DNA from: Draconibacterium sp.
GTDB taxonomy: Bacteria > Bacteroidota > Bacteroidia > Bacteroidales > Prolixibacteraceae
Length of the DNA: 64,000 nt
Direction: 5' to 3'
NCBI GenBank assembly: GCA_011620585.1
Contig: WOYV01000111.1
Span: forward strand, 81,544 to 145,543
The notes under the pieces are model-generated. The model saw only the letters and a list, made by a program, of their open reading frames with translations. It was not told the origin of the DNA and did not search any database. Position numbers and translations under genes: made by a program. This document shows, in pieces, positions 27,979 through 37,770 of this stretch (the first letter of the stretch is position 1; each line of letters opens with the position of its first letter).

Positions 27979-29106
27979 TTATCTTTCCAGTATCCAGACA
28001 CCGGAACCGGGATTGTTCTCCAGGTACTCGTGCTTGGCCGAAAATGCTTCATTTTCTGTATTATAACTCCCTAGCCCAACAATATAAAAATTGCCGTATT
28101 TGCCAAGGTGGAACGGATCAAAACCTTTTTCTTTTAATGATTGCAGGTAAGTTTCGGCATTTTCTTCCGATTTAAAACTTCCTCCCACCAGGTAAAATTT
28201 ACCTTCCACCATTTCCTGGGTTTGTGAAGGTTCTGCTTCCATATTGTTTATGGTAGTATCCTGAATTTCACGATCAGTGCTGTCAGTAAGTGTGCTATCT
28301 GCAACGGTGGAATCTGCCGCAATAAATGTTTTGGGCGGAGTTTCAGTAAATACCGGTTGTTGCACCACATTATCGGGTGTGCCAGTTTTTGTGTTTTTCA
28401 TGAAAATAAATACGGATACTGCCAACAGCGGAATAAGGATGACCAGGATCCAAATCCAACCTGCTTTGCGCTTTTTCTTTTCTTTGGGTCCGGGTGTTTG
28501 TGTTTCTTCCTGAACCCGATTTTCTTCTTTGTTTTCAGTAACGGGTTCAGGCTTCTTTGTTTCTTCCTCTTCCCGAGGTTCTTTGGTTAAAACTTCTTCT
28601 TGTTCGGGAGTGTTCGTTTGCTCTGTTTCTTCAGCTTCAACAACAGGTTCTTTATCTGGTTCCTGTATGTTTTCACCCGTTTTTTCTTCAATTGGCTCTA
28701 AAATCAGGGTGGTTTCGAGGCCAAATGTTTCGAGCGACAGGTTTTTATCTTCTTCCGAAACAAGAACTATTTCTTTATCTGCATTATACCCAAGAATACC
28801 CAGTCCTTCCAATTCAACTTTTTCGCCTTTGTCGAGTTGGTACAAAATATTATCGCGCTCTTTCTCAATTTTTTGAAGCGCTTCGAAATGGGTGCTTCGC
28901 GTAGCTTCGGCTACCTGGCCTACCAGCAGGCCGTCGTTGTTTTTTATTTTTGGGTTGAAAACGAGTTTGCTCGAAGGTGGTAAAATTTCTCCACTGGCAT
29001 CGTTTACTACTGCCGGAAGATATTCCGAAATAAAAGCCCCAAATCCGGGAACAATTACTATTTCGTTTTCCTGTAGTAGTTGTTTGACATATTTTTCCAG
29101 TTTCAC
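27979..29106 (-). CDS. SPOR domain protein with N-terminal HU-like (CCDC81-type) domains, acidic/Pro-Thr-rich linker and one TM helix
   Basis: N-terminus VIVPGFGAFISEY...VELEGLGILGY. E/K/T/P low-complexity linker. TM segment WIWILVILIPLLAVSVFIF. C-terminal SPOR-like FYLVGGSFKSEENAETYLQSLKEKGFDPF...GNFYIVGLGSYNTENEA. Confidence 0.75.
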   Translation of the reverse strand: MKLEKYVKQLLQENEIVIVPGFGAFISEYLPAVVNDASGEILPPSSKLVFNPKIKNNDGLLVGQVAEATRSTHFEALQKIEKERDNILYQLDKGEKVELEGLGILGYNADKEIVLVSEEDKNLSLETFGLETTLILEPIEEKTGENIQEPDKEPVVEAEETEQTNTPEQEEVLTKEPREEEETKKPEPVTENKEENRVQEETQTPGPKEKKKRKAGWIWILVILIPLLAVSVFIFMKNTKTGTPDNVVQQPVFTETPPKTFIAADSTVADSTLTDSTDREIQDTTINNMEAEPSQTQEMVEGKFYLVGGSFKSEENAETYLQSLKEKGFDPFHLGKYGNFYIVGLGSYNTENEAFSAKHEYLENNPGSGVWILER

Positions 29107-29251
29107 GGTATCAAAATTTTTGTTGGTAAAAGTAATAAAAATAGCTGTTTTCGAATTTGAAGATGAATTAATGCCAGACGTTTCAATAAATCTTGATCGA
29201 ATGTCTCGTGAAAACGACTGATATTGTAACTTTACGGTCTAAATCGAAAAA

Positions 29252-30280
29252 ATGGCACTACAGATTTTAGTTACGGGAGGAACAGGATATATTGGATCGC
29301 ACACGGTAGTTGAGCTTCAGAATGCCGGGTACAAGGTTGTTATTGTCGACGATCTTTCGAATTCAAGTATTGATGTTTTGGACAATATCGAAAAAATTAC
29401 GGGGATAAAACCGATCTTCGAACAGCTTAACCTGGTTGACGCTGAACGAACCGGGGCCTTGTTCCGAAAGTACCCCGACCTGCAAGCCATCATCCATTTT
29501 GCGGCTTCAAAAGCAGTGGGCGAATCGGTTCAAATACCGCTTCATTACTACAGGAACAACCTGGTTTCGCTGATGAACCTACTTGACGGCCAGCGCAAAT
29601 ATGGTGTAGCCAACATTGTGTTCTCATCGTCGTGCACCGTTTATGGCCAGCCCGAAGTTTTGCCGGTTACCGAACAAACTCCGCGCAAAGATGCCGAGTC
29701 GCCTTATGGAAACACCAAACGTATTTCGGAGGATATTTTAAACGACAGTATTCGCGCTTATCCCGAACTTAGAGGAATTGCACTTCGGTATTTTAATCCC
29801 ATCGGTGCGCACGAAAGCGCTTTAATTGGCGAACTTCCGTTGGGGGTTCCGCAAAATCTGGTTCCCTTTATCACCCAAACAGCCGCCGGTTTACGCGACG
29901 AGCTAAAAGTTTTTGGCAACGATTACGATACGCCCGACGGTTCTGCCATTCGCGATTATATTAATGTGGTGGATTTAGCAAAAGCGCACGTGGTGGCCAT
30001 CGAACGTTTGTTAAATAAAAAAAACAAAGCCAAGTATGAAGTTTTTAACCTGGGTACGGGCGAAGGACTTTCGGTATTGCAGGTGGTAAAAGGCTTTGAA
30101 AAAGCTACCGGGGTTGAGCTCAATTATAAAATTGTGGATCGCCGTCCGGGCGATATCGAAAAAATCTGGGCCGACACTACTTACGCGAACCAAGAACTGG
30201 GCTGGAAAGCCGAAAAAGGATTGGAAGAAACTTTACTTTCGGCCTGGAACTGGGAAAAGCGGGTACGCGGAATTCAATAA
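29252..30280 (+). CDS. galE: UDP-glucose 4-epimerase
   Basis: ILVTGGTGYIGSHTVVEL, SSSCTVYG, YGNTK (YxxxK) and ALRYFNPIGAH. 342 aa. Confidence 0.9.
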   Translation: MALQILVTGGTGYIGSHTVVELQNAGYKVVIVDDLSNSSIDVLDNIEKITGIKPIFEQLNLVDAERTGALFRKYPDLQAIIHFAASKAVGESVQIPLHYYRNNLVSLMNLLDGQRKYGVANIVFSSSCTVYGQPEVLPVTEQTPRKDAESPYGNTKRISEDILNDSIRAYPELRGIALRYFNPIGAHESALIGELPLGVPQNLVPFITQTAAGLRDELKVFGNDYDTPDGSAIRDYINVVDLAKAHVVAIERLLNKKNKAKYEVFNLGTGEGLSVLQVVKGFEKATGVELNYKIVDRRPGDIEKIWADTTYANQELGWKAEKGLEETLLSAWNWEKRVRGIQ

Positions 30281-30353
30281 AAAAACAGGAATACGGTTAA
30301 AGTCAATTCATTTTCTGAACAAATCGTTTATTTTTACCTCAAAACAAACATAT

Positions 30354-31406
30354 ATGAAAAAAATTCTGATTACAGGCGGAGCTGGTTTTATCGGATCTCA
30401 TGTGGTGCGTTTATTCGTAAACAAGTACCCCGAATATAAAATAGTAAATCTCGATAAACTGACTTATGCCGGGAACCTGGCCAATCTGAAGGACGTTGAG
30501 AATAAAGCCAATTACGAGTTTATAAAAGGCGACATTGTTGATGCTGAGTTTATACAAAACCTGTTTCAGGAAAAACAGTTTGATGGCGTGGTCCATCTTG
30601 CCGCTGAATCGCATGTCGATCGCTCAATATCGAATCCAACCGAATTTGTTTTTACGAATGTAATCGGAACCGTTAATTTGCTGAACGCTGCCAAACACGC
30701 CTGGAAAGATAATTTTGAAGGCAAACGCTTTTACCATATTTCAACCGATGAGGTTTACGGTTCGCTGGGCGACGAGGGAATGTTTACCGAAAAAACCGGC
30801 TACGATCCACACAGTCCGTACTCGGCCTCAAAAGCCAGTTCCGACCATTTTGTGCGGGCATACAACGATACCTTTGGAGTGCCAACCGTGATCTCTAATT
30901 GCTCCAATAACTACGGGTCGTACCAGTTTCCTGAAAAACTGATCCCGCTGTTTATCCACAACATAAAAAATAACAAGCCGCTTCCGGTTTACGGAAAAGG
31001 CGAAAACATTCGCGATTGGTTGTGGGTGGTCGATCACGCCCGCGCCATCGACGTAATTTTTCACAGCGGAAAAACCGGGGAAACCTACAACATTGGCGGA
31101 TTTAACGAATGGGCCAACATCGATTTAATAAAGGTGATGTGCCGCAAAATGGATGAAAAACTGGGCCGCCCGGCAGGTGAATCCGAAAAGCTGATCACCT
31201 ATGTAAAAGACCGTGCCGGCCACGATTTGCGTTACGCCATTGATGCCACTAAAATTAAACGTGAGTTAGGTTGGGAACCTTCGCTTCAGTTTGAAGAAGG
31301 CATTGAAAAGACCATCGACTGGTACCTCGAAAACACCGAATGGCTCGAAAATGTTACCTCGGGCGACTACCAGAAATACTACGAGGAACAATATGTGAAA
31401 AGATAA
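30354..31406 (+). CDS. rfbB: dTDP-glucose 4,6-dehydratase
   Basis: The ORF-track start at 30096 overlaps galE. The credible start is the ATG at 30354 (MKKILITGGAGFIGSHVV). Motifs NLDKLTYAGNL, HLAAESHVDRS, STDEVYG and YSASKASSDH. Confidence 0.9.
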   Translation: MKKILITGGAGFIGSHVVRLFVNKYPEYKIVNLDKLTYAGNLANLKDVENKANYEFIKGDIVDAEFIQNLFQEKQFDGVVHLAAESHVDRSISNPTEFVFTNVIGTVNLLNAAKHAWKDNFEGKRFYHISTDEVYGSLGDEGMFTEKTGYDPHSPYSASKASSDHFVRAYNDTFGVPTVISNCSNNYGSYQFPEKLIPLFIHNIKNNKPLPVYGKGENIRDWLWVVDHARAIDVIFHSGKTGETYNIGGFNEWANIDLIKVMCRKMDEKLGRPAGESEKLITYVKDRAGHDLRYAIDATKIKRELGWEPSLQFEEGIEKTIDWYLENTEWLENVTSGDYQKYYEEQYVKR

Positions 31407-31496
31407 TTCTGCCGCGACATAAAGATAAGGATGTCATTTCTTTGAAAAGATGGCAGCCTTTTTTATTTCAAAACTTTCAGCAACAGAAATTTATAC

Positions 31497-31504
31497 TATC
31501 TTTG
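31497..31504 (+). promoter_or_regulatory. Bacteroidota -7 box (TAnnTTTG) upstream of rpsP
   Basis: TATCTTTG lies 35 nt upstream of the rpsP ATG. A TTTC is present 18 nt further upstream, near the -33 position. Confidence 0.5.
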
Positions 31505-31538
31505 CGCCACATTTTTAAAAAACAAACAAAGTAGAGTT

Positions 31539-32243
31539 ATGCCAGTAAAAATGAGACTAGCGCGGCACGGCCGCAAACGCTACGCTTACTACCACATAGT
31601 AGTAGCTGATAGCAGGGCGCCACGAGATGGCAGGTATATTGAAAGAATTGGCTCGTACAATCCTAACACAAATCCTGCTACTATCGATCTCGATTTTGAC
31701 AAAGCTTTTGATTGGCTTGTTAAAGGCGCACAACCTACCGACACCGTTAAGGCAATTTTGTCTTACAAAGGTGTATTGTACAAAAAACACCTCATGGGTG
31801 GTGTAAAAAAAGGAGCTTTCGACGAAGCAGAAGCCGAAAAACGTTTGGATAAATGGATGAATGAAAAGGATGCCAAAATCCAGGGTAAACTTGAACGTTT
31901 AAAAGGCGATGCTGCTGCTGAAGCTAAAAAACAGTTCGAAGCAGAAAAGAAAGTAAATGAAGACAGGGCTGCTGCCATTGCTGCCAAAAATGCACAACTG
32001 GCTGCTGAAGCAAGAGCCGCTGTTGCGGCCGAAGCTGCAGAGGAAGAAGAAGTTGCTGAAGTAGAAGAAGCTCCGGTTGCCGAAGTTGAAGAAGTAGTTG
32101 CTGAAGTGGAGGAAACTCCGGAAGCTGAAGCTCCTGCTGCTGAGGTCGAAGAAGTAGTTGCCACAACAGAGGAAACTCCTGTTGTTGAAGCTCCTGCTGC
32201 AGAAGAAGAAACTGAAACTTCGGAAGAAGAAAAAGGTGCGTAA
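31539..32243 (+). CDS. rpsP: 30S ribosomal protein S16 with long Ala/Glu-rich C-terminal extension
   Basis: N-terminal [42 protein letters not shown] is canonical S16. Residues from about 90 to 234 form a low-complexity A/E/K tail. Confidence 0.95.
   Translation: MPVKMRLARHGRKRYAYYHIVVADSRAPRDGRYIERIGSYNPNTNPATIDLDFDKAFDWLVKGAQPTDTVKAILSYKGVLYKKHLMGGVKKGAFDEAEAEKRLDKWMNEKDAKIQGKLERLKGDAAAEAKKQFEAEKKVNEDRAAAIAAKNAQLAAEARAAVAAEAAEEEEVAEVEEAPVAEVEEVVAEVEETPEAEAPAAEVEEVVATTEETPVVEAPAAEEETETSEEEKGA
32085..32204 (+). repeat. 60-nt (20-aa) tandem duplication inside the S16 tail
   Basis: Unit A (32085-32144) encodes [20 protein letters not shown]. Unit B (32145-32204) encodes [20 protein letters not shown]. 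The DNA units share GAAGAAGTAGTTGC...GAGGAAACTCC...GAAGCTCCTGCTGC. Confidence 0.85.
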
Positions 32244-32274
32244 TCTTAAGAAAGACAACTCATCTTATAATAGA

Positions 32275-32307
32275 AAACCATTCGTCATCAGACGGATGGT
32301 TTTTTTG
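32275..32307 (+). terminator. Rho-independent terminator between rpsP and rimM
   Basis: AAACCATTCGTC / GACGGATGGTTT stem with one G-U pair, ATCA loop and a T7 tract. Confidence 0.7.
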
Positions 32308-32437
32308 TGTTCCAACCTCAGGTCAGCAATGATTTCTTTTTATTTCTGAATTGGCTTTTTTCAAATTCCCCTTCGAAGGGGATTTGGATGATGAAAAAAA
32401 CTGCTACAAACACTCTTAAAAAATGTATTTTTACGTT

Positions 32438-32965
32438 ATGGAAACAATACCAAAAACCGATTGCGAAAGAATTGGATTTATACGTAAAACACACGGAATA
32501 CATGGCGAAGTGGTGCTCGAATTCGAAGAGCAATTTGAATATTCGGTGGAAGACGCCTCGCGATTTTTTATCGAACTCGAAGGTTTGCTGGTACCGTTCT
32601 TTATTGCCGACGAAGGACTTCGTTTTCGATCAGGGAAAACGGCCAGCGTAAAATTCGATGGTGTAGACACCGAAATGTACGCCAAACGACTGGTTGGCAA
32701 CGAAGTGTATTTGTACCTGGAAGAGATTGCAGATATCCCCAACGAAACCGAATCGATGCTCATAGGATTTACTTTAATAGACGATCAGCTCGGAGAAATG
32801 GGCTCAATAGAAGCCGTGGATGATTATTCAGGAAATATCGTTTTAACCATTCAGTATCAGGGAAACGAACTGCTGGTTCCATATAACGACGAGATTCTGC
32901 TTGCACTCGATGAAGAAGCTAAAACCGTTACACTGAAACTCCCCGACGGCTTGCTCGAAGAATAA
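32438..32965 (+). CDS. rimM: 16S rRNA processing protein RimM
   Basis: Conserved position after rpsP. IGFIRKTHGIHGEVVLEF is the RimM N-terminal barrel and there is a PRC-barrel-like C-terminus. The start is taken at METIPK (32438) rather than 32423. Confidence 0.85.
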   Translation: METIPKTDCERIGFIRKTHGIHGEVVLEFEEQFEYSVEDASRFFIELEGLLVPFFIADEGLRFRSGKTASVKFDGVDTEMYAKRLVGNEVYLYLEEIADIPNETESMLIGFTLIDDQLGEMGSIEAVDDYSGNIVLTIQYQGNELLVPYNDEILLALDEEAKTVTLKLPDGLLEE

Positions 32966-33098
32966 ATTTCGTTAAAAATTCACTTCACGTGCAACTTTCT
33001 GTTAACTCATCCGTCCTTACAAAGTCTTTTTATGGTTGAAATGCATTTCTGCCGTAATTGTTGTTGCAACTTATTTACTAATATTAAAACATAAAACA

Positions 33099-33803
33099 AT
33101 GAAATTCAGAATCTTAATGTTGAGCGTCCTCATTGCAGGCATTTTTATGGCAAGTTCGGTAAACGCCGAAGAACAAACGCGCGATGTATCTACTTTTTCA
33201 GCTATTTCGTTACGGGTTCCCGGAAAACTATATCTGAAACAGGGAAATACTCAGAGTGTCAGAATCGAAGCCAAAGAGTCGGTGATAGACGATATTATTA
33301 CAGAAGTTAGCGGGAACAAACTCATTATTCGTTTTCCGAACAAAACCATATTTCAGCGGAGTTTTAATCCCGGTAAAATAGAAATATACGTTACAGTACC
33401 CGATATCAACGAATTATCTGTTTCTGGTTCCGGCGATATTGTAGCCGAAAGTCTGGAAGCACGAATTTTGGAATTGGCTATTAGCGGCAGCGGTAATATA
33501 AATATCGACGACCTCGATTCAAAAAAGGTAAAAGCTTCAATCTCAGGTTCGGGTAACATTAACATCGAAGACGGAGGCGAGGCAGAAGAGTTAAGTGTAT
33601 CGATTTCGGGATCAGGCAATTGCAATACTTCGGGGTTTGAAGCCGAAAATGTAACCGTAAACACTTCAGGTTCGGGAAATTGTAATGTAAATGCAAGCGG
33701 ATCGATCAAGGTACGAATTGCCGGTTCGGGTAGTGTTTTTTACAAAGGAAACGCCAGTATCGATGCTTCGGTTGCGGGTTCAGGAAAAGTGAAGCGAATG
33801 TAA
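33099..33803 (+). CDS. DUF2807 / head GIN domain-containing protein (putative beta-helical surface protein)
   Basis: Signal peptide from MKFRILMLSVLIAGIFMASSVNA. Repeated SGSG(D/N)(I/C)N strands (VSGSGDI, ISGSGNINI, ISGSGNINIE, ISGSGNCN, TSGSGNCNV, AGSGSVFYKG). Confidence 0.7.
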   Translation: MKFRILMLSVLIAGIFMASSVNAEEQTRDVSTFSAISLRVPGKLYLKQGNTQSVRIEAKESVIDDIITEVSGNKLIIRFPNKTIFQRSFNPGKIEIYVTVPDINELSVSGSGDIVAESLEARILELAISGSGNINIDDLDSKKVKASISGSGNINIEDGGEAEELSVSISGSGNCNTSGFEAENVTVNTSGSGNCNVNASGSIKVRIAGSGSVFYKGNASIDASVAGSGKVKRM

Positions 33804-33824
33804 AAAGCACACAAACCATATTTT

Positions 33825-33856
33825 AAACCTGTCTATTTTAAGACAGGTTTTTTTTT
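33825..33856 (+). terminator. Rho-independent terminator after the DUF2807 gene
   Basis: AAACCTGTCT / AGACAGGTTT 10-bp stem, 6-nt loop and a T-run to 33856. Confidence 0.75.
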
Positions 33857-33924
33857 ACAATAATTCTTTGAAATATACTACATTGCAATGTTTAATTTAA
33901 CTGTTAACTTAAAACTTCAATCAG

Positions 33925-34371
33925 ATGGGAATGTTAAAAGAATTCAAAAGCTTTGCAATGAAAGGGAACGTGCTCGACCTTGCCGTTGCAGTAATTATTG
34001 GCGGTGCTTTTGGTAAAATCATTACCTCGTTTGTTAACGATGTGCTGATGCCACCAATCGGCTTGCTGCTTGGGAACACAGATTTCAGCAAGCTTCGGAT
34101 AGTACTAAAAGAAGGGAGCGAAGCCGTACTGAACGGCGACCAGGTAGTTAGTCCGGCAATTACAGAAGTTGCAATAAAGTATGGTGTTTTTGTAAATACT
34201 GTACTCGATTTTCTGATCGTTGCTTTTTCCATTTTTATGGTCATCAAAGCATTCAACAAAATGAAGAAAAAAGAGGAAGCAGCCCCTGTAGCCCCTGCGG
34301 CGCCACCAGCCCCTTCGAAAGAAGAAGTGTTGCTGACCGAAATTCGGGATATTTTAAAAGAAAAGAAATAA
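33925..34371 (+). CDS. mscL: Large-conductance mechanosensitive channel
   Basis: [44 protein letters not shown] is the canonical MscL TM1 region. 148 aa. Confidence 0.9.
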   Translation: MGMLKEFKSFAMKGNVLDLAVAVIIGGAFGKIITSFVNDVLMPPIGLLLGNTDFSKLRIVLKEGSEAVLNGDQVVSPAITEVAIKYGVFVNTVLDFLIVAFSIFMVIKAFNKMKKKEEAAPVAPAAPPAPSKEEVLLTEIRDILKEKK

Positions 34372-34402
34372 TAAAGATTGGCTCCGGAAACGCGGGGCCT
34401 TT

Positions 34403-34966
34403 TTATTTTCGGATGATGTCGATCCGGCCACCCGGGCCTAGTTTAATAATGCTGGAAGGTTTTGAAGGGGTGCGATCATCCTGGCGATATTCAACGATGT
34501 AATCAATGGCAGCTTTTATTTCTTCCGATATTTCATCAAAAAATGCGGGCGACTTTTCGCCGCTGATGTTTGCAGAAGTAGAAACTAACGGACGTCGGAA
34601 ACGTTGCAAAAGTTGAGTGGTGAAAACTTCCTTTGTAAAACGGATCCCGACACTTCCATCATCCGCAATCAGGTTTTTAGCCAGGTTTTTTGCGCCGGGA
34701 TAGATTACGGTAAGTGGAGTGGTAGCGATTTCGACCAAATCCCAGGCAACTTCAGGAACTTCTTCCACATACCGATCCAGCAGCGCGGGGTTTTCCATCA
34801 GCACGAGCATACTTTTCGAGTCTTCACGCTTTTTGATTTTGTATATCCTTCGAACAGCTTCTTCATTGGTGGCATCGCAACCAATTCCCCAAATCGTGTC
34901 GGTTGGATACAAAATTACCCCCCCGTTTTTTAATACTTCGAGTGCTTTTTTAATAGCGTCGTGCAT
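34403..34966 (-). CDS. tsaC: L-threonylcarbamoyladenylate synthase (YrdC/TsaC type)
   Basis: YrdC-domain motifs LKNGGVILYPTDTIWGIGCDA, KKREDSKSMLVL and STSANISGE. 187 aa. Confidence 0.85.
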   Translation of the reverse strand: MHDAIKKALEVLKNGGVILYPTDTIWGIGCDATNEEAVRRIYKIKKREDSKSMLVLMENPALLDRYVEEVPEVAWDLVEIATTPLTVIYPGAKNLAKNLIADDGSVGIRFTKEVFTTQLLQRFRRPLVSTSANISGEKSPAFFDEISEEIKAAIDYIVEYRQDDRTPSKPSSIIKLGPGGRIDIIRK

Positions 34967-34969
34967 GAG

Positions 34970-36079
34970 TTATTTCAAAATATTCTTGTAAACATTATTT
35001 AGTTTTTCCACGTAATTCCTCGCCTGAAATTCTTCGGCACGTCTTTCTCCTTTTGCAATCAAGTTGTTTTTAAAATTACTGTCGGTAAGTGTTTTGTAAA
35101 TATATTCTCCCAGTTCATCCATATTATCGGGCGAACAAAGCAGGGCTGCATCACCGGCGGTTTCGGGCAGGCACGAAACATTGGATGTGATTACCGGGCA
35201 ACCACAAGCCATCGACTCGATAACCGGTAACCCAAAACCTTCGAATACAGAAATATAAATCGATAGTTCGGCAAGTTGATAAATCGCAGCGAGGTCCGGC
35301 TCGGGAATATTTCTGAGAAAGATAACCCGTTTCTGAATATTTTTCGCGGCAATGTATTTATGAATATCGTTGCAGTATGAAGTCGGATTTCCGATCATCA
35401 CTACCGGGAGGTCGAGGTTTTTTGCCAGCAATGCCTGTAAAATCGAAAGCTGGTTTTTGCGTTCTTCAATTGTCCCCACAGTAAGGATAAACTGCCCGGG
35501 CAAGTTGTATTTTATACGAACCTTCCCGGTATCTGCTTTTTCAAAAAACAAGGGAGAAATAGCCTGGTGTACCACTTCAATTTTCTCTGGATCGGCATGT
35601 TTGAATTCTATCAAATCGGCTTTGGTCTGTTCGCTGATGGCAATAATTTTTGTTGCTGCTTTACAGGCATAACTCACTTTAATATGAAATATCCGACGGT
35701 CGAAAAACTTGTAGAATTCGGGGTAACGAATAAAAATCAAGTCGTGAATGGTAACAACACCCGGAATGCCGGTTTTGTGAATCCCGCGTGGTAATTCGTT
35801 GCTCAATCCATGAAACAGATCGATTTTGTGTTGGACAAGTTCATTGCTGAGCTTAAAGTTGCGCCAGATGGACTTATGAAATTTCGACATCTTTTTGGGA
35901 GGGGCAAACAGTTGAAATTTATCCTGTTCTTCCAACATTCCGAATTTAGTTTCGGGAGAATACAGTGCATATTCGTTTTCAGGGAAATACTTTTGAAGCG
36001 CATTTAGTGTGTTACGACTGTAATTTCCCAGTCCTGAAGAATTTAGAAAAACCCGTTTAGCGTCAAATCCAAGTCTCAT
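34970..36079 (-). CDS. Glycosyltransferase family 4 (GT-B, Glycos_transf_1)
   Basis: C-terminal GT-B motif SVFEGFGLPVIESMACGCPVITSNVSCLPETAGDAALL. Only a 3-nt gap to tsaC. Confidence 0.8.
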   Translation of the reverse strand: MRLGFDAKRVFLNSSGLGNYSRNTLNALQKYFPENEYALYSPETKFGMLEEQDKFQLFAPPKKMSKFHKSIWRNFKLSNELVQHKIDLFHGLSNELPRGIHKTGIPGVVTIHDLIFIRYPEFYKFFDRRIFHIKVSYACKAATKIIAISEQTKADLIEFKHADPEKIEVVHQAISPLFFEKADTGKVRIKYNLPGQFILTVGTIEERKNQLSILQALLAKNLDLPVVMIGNPTSYCNDIHKYIAAKNIQKRVIFLRNIPEPDLAAIYQLAELSIYISVFEGFGLPVIESMACGCPVITSNVSCLPETAGDAALLCSPDNMDELGEYIYKTLTDSNFKNNLIAKGERRAEEFQARNYVEKLNNVYKNILK

Positions 36080-36107
36080 TTATTAAATATTGGTCTTACT
36101 AAAATAC

Positions 36108-36136
36108 AAAAAAGGCCGGGGAAATCCGCCCGGCCT
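36108..36136 (-). terminator. Rho-independent terminator (minus strand) after the PNPOx-UbiA gene
   Basis: AGGCCGGG (36113-36120) pairs with CCCGGCCT (36129-36136). On the minus strand the stem is followed by T6 (the complement of the A-run at 36108-36113). Confidence 0.7.
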
Positions 36137-36181
36137 GATCGTTAATTAAAAATATTTGACGTTCGCAAAAATCGTTTTCAG

Positions 36182-37699
36182 TTAAATAAGATAAGCCACC
36201 GAAAGCAACACCCCAACCAGAAAATGGATTCCGATAGTCAGTACGTTCACCATCAAAAGTTTATAGGGTACTTTCTGGCGGTCTTCGTTCTGATCGTTCC
36301 ACTGCAACATCCATTTATCAGCCAAATTAAATGTTTTCCAAACCATTGCCAGTGGCAATAAAGCCAGGAAAGCGTATGCAGTTCCGAAGTTGGTAAACAA
36401 ACCCAGAATCCCAATCACTGCAATTCCAACAAATGCCAGAATCATAAATTGTTTGTAAAGCCGGAGCGGTTTTTCAAGACGGTACCACTGATCTTTTACA
36501 GCAGTGCGTACTACCCAGGTTCTTTTTCCGGCAGCGGCATCGGAGGGAGTATCCTGAAACTGGTTGATCCAAACGATCAGCATTACCAAAATGCCAATTG
36601 GAACAGAAGCAACCAGTGCCTCCACCCAGTTCCATTGCGACAGGATGTTGTGATGGATCGGTTCGGTAAGTACGTAATGTGCCCCCATCACCATTAACGG
36701 GCCAAAACCCAGCGCAATCGCAAATTCACCGAGGCCTTTATAGGCAAAACGAACCGGGTCGGCAGTGTATCCAAACGAAAGAATGACTCCGGCAATTCCC
36801 ATCCAGAGAACCGGGGTATTCCCGATCACGGAGCCACTGATTTGATAATTGATGAACAAGCCTGCTATTACAGTTCCAATAATGCTGATGATAGAGGTAA
36901 CCAGAACCGTTTCGGCCGAAACAAGCCCGGATTGAATCACGCGGCTGCCACCGTTAAACGGACTTGGTACTTTGTTGATTTCGTCGGCATTCGAAGTGTG
37001 ATCGAAATAATCGTTTGAAGTGTTGGTGGCAATTTGCGCCAGCGATGCACCGAGCAAAACCAGCAGAAACATAGCCCACGACCAGCTATCGTTCATCGCT
37101 GCCGATTTCAGATCGTTCCAGGCCAGGGCTGCACCAATAAAAATTGCAGCAAAAGTGGCGGTCAGGAATGGCGCCCGCACTGCACGGACCCACAAACCCA
37201 ATTGTTTTCCAGCCATTTTCCACGCCATTTTTAAAGGAGGAGTCTGGTTTTCGGGCAGGCTTTTCCACTCGAATTTCTCTTTCGCATAAAAATCGACATA
37301 CTTGATGGTAGTGGGTTTCAAACGGTAATAACCGACCACATTATTGGCTTTTAGAAAATCATCGTCCATGAACTCTTTAAAAGCATCCGTAGTTTCAAGT
37401 ACCAGTTGATATGCTTTTTTCTTTTCTGCCTCGTCTTTAATCTGGTAACATTCTCCATCGATCTGTAAGCCGCGGATGCCTTCCTGGTTTTTAGGCCAGA
37501 TTACTGCATGAACCCGCGGATTGTACTTGATCTGTTCGGCTTTTCGCGAAGGATTGAAAGTGAAAAAGATGAGGTCATCACCATCCTGTGCAAAAAACAC
37601 GCTCGCCCCCGAAGGGTTCCGGCCAACACTGGTTGCCAAAAACATCCGGTCGGCCAAATTTAAGATATCTTGAATCTTTTGGTCTAATTGAGAATTCAT
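36182..37699 (-). CDS. Fusion protein: N-terminal pyridoxamine-5'-phosphate-oxidase-like (FMN-binding split-barrel) domain + C-terminal UbiA/MenA-type membrane prenyltransferase
   Basis: The first ~150 aa (ADRMFLATSVGRNPSGASVFFAQDGDDLIFFTFNPSRKAEQIKYNPRVHAVIW...GLQIDGECYQI) look like a PNPOx-like split barrel. The remaining ~340 aa are polytopic, with the UbiA Asp-rich motifs NDYFDHTSNADEIN and FQDTPSDAAAGKRT. Confidence 0.7.
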   Translation of the reverse strand: MNSQLDQKIQDILNLADRMFLATSVGRNPSGASVFFAQDGDDLIFFTFNPSRKAEQIKYNPRVHAVIWPKNQEGIRGLQIDGECYQIKDEAEKKKAYQLVLETTDAFKEFMDDDFLKANNVVGYYRLKPTTIKYVDFYAKEKFEWKSLPENQTPPLKMAWKMAGKQLGLWVRAVRAPFLTATFAAIFIGAALAWNDLKSAAMNDSWSWAMFLLVLLGASLAQIATNTSNDYFDHTSNADEINKVPSPFNGGSRVIQSGLVSAETVLVTSIISIIGTVIAGLFINYQISGSVIGNTPVLWMGIAGVILSFGYTADPVRFAYKGLGEFAIALGFGPLMVMGAHYVLTEPIHHNILSQWNWVEALVASVPIGILVMLIVWINQFQDTPSDAAAGKRTWVVRTAVKDQWYRLEKPLRLYKQFMILAFVGIAVIGILGLFTNFGTAYAFLALLPLAMVWKTFNLADKWMLQWNDQNEDRQKVPYKLLMVNVLTIGIHFLVGVLLSVAYLI

Positions 37700-37770
37700 A
37701 CTGTTTTTCTTGAATAATTATATTCAAGAAACAGTTGAAAAAAGGGCTTGTTCACCCGGAAAAGCAAATT

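Noticed and set aside
28277-29221. Five plus-strand ORFs (77-115 aa) inside the SPOR protein gene
   Set aside because: They are antisense to the E/K/T/P low-complexity linker and have compositionally biased translations. The minus-strand ORF has clear HU-like and SPOR domains.
30096-30353. N-terminal 86-codon extension of the rfbB ORF overlapping the galE 3' end
   Set aside because: The extension overlaps galE in another frame and has no homology-like features. The canonical MKKILITGGAGFIGSH start is at 30354.
31763-32258. Minus-strand ORFs of 133, 119 and 80 aa (Ser/Ala/Thr-, Phe/Ser- and Gln/Leu/Pro-rich) antisense to the rpsP tail
   Set aside because: They mirror the GAA/GCT-rich low-complexity repeat coding for the S16 tail. 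Stop-free antisense frames are expected in such sequence.
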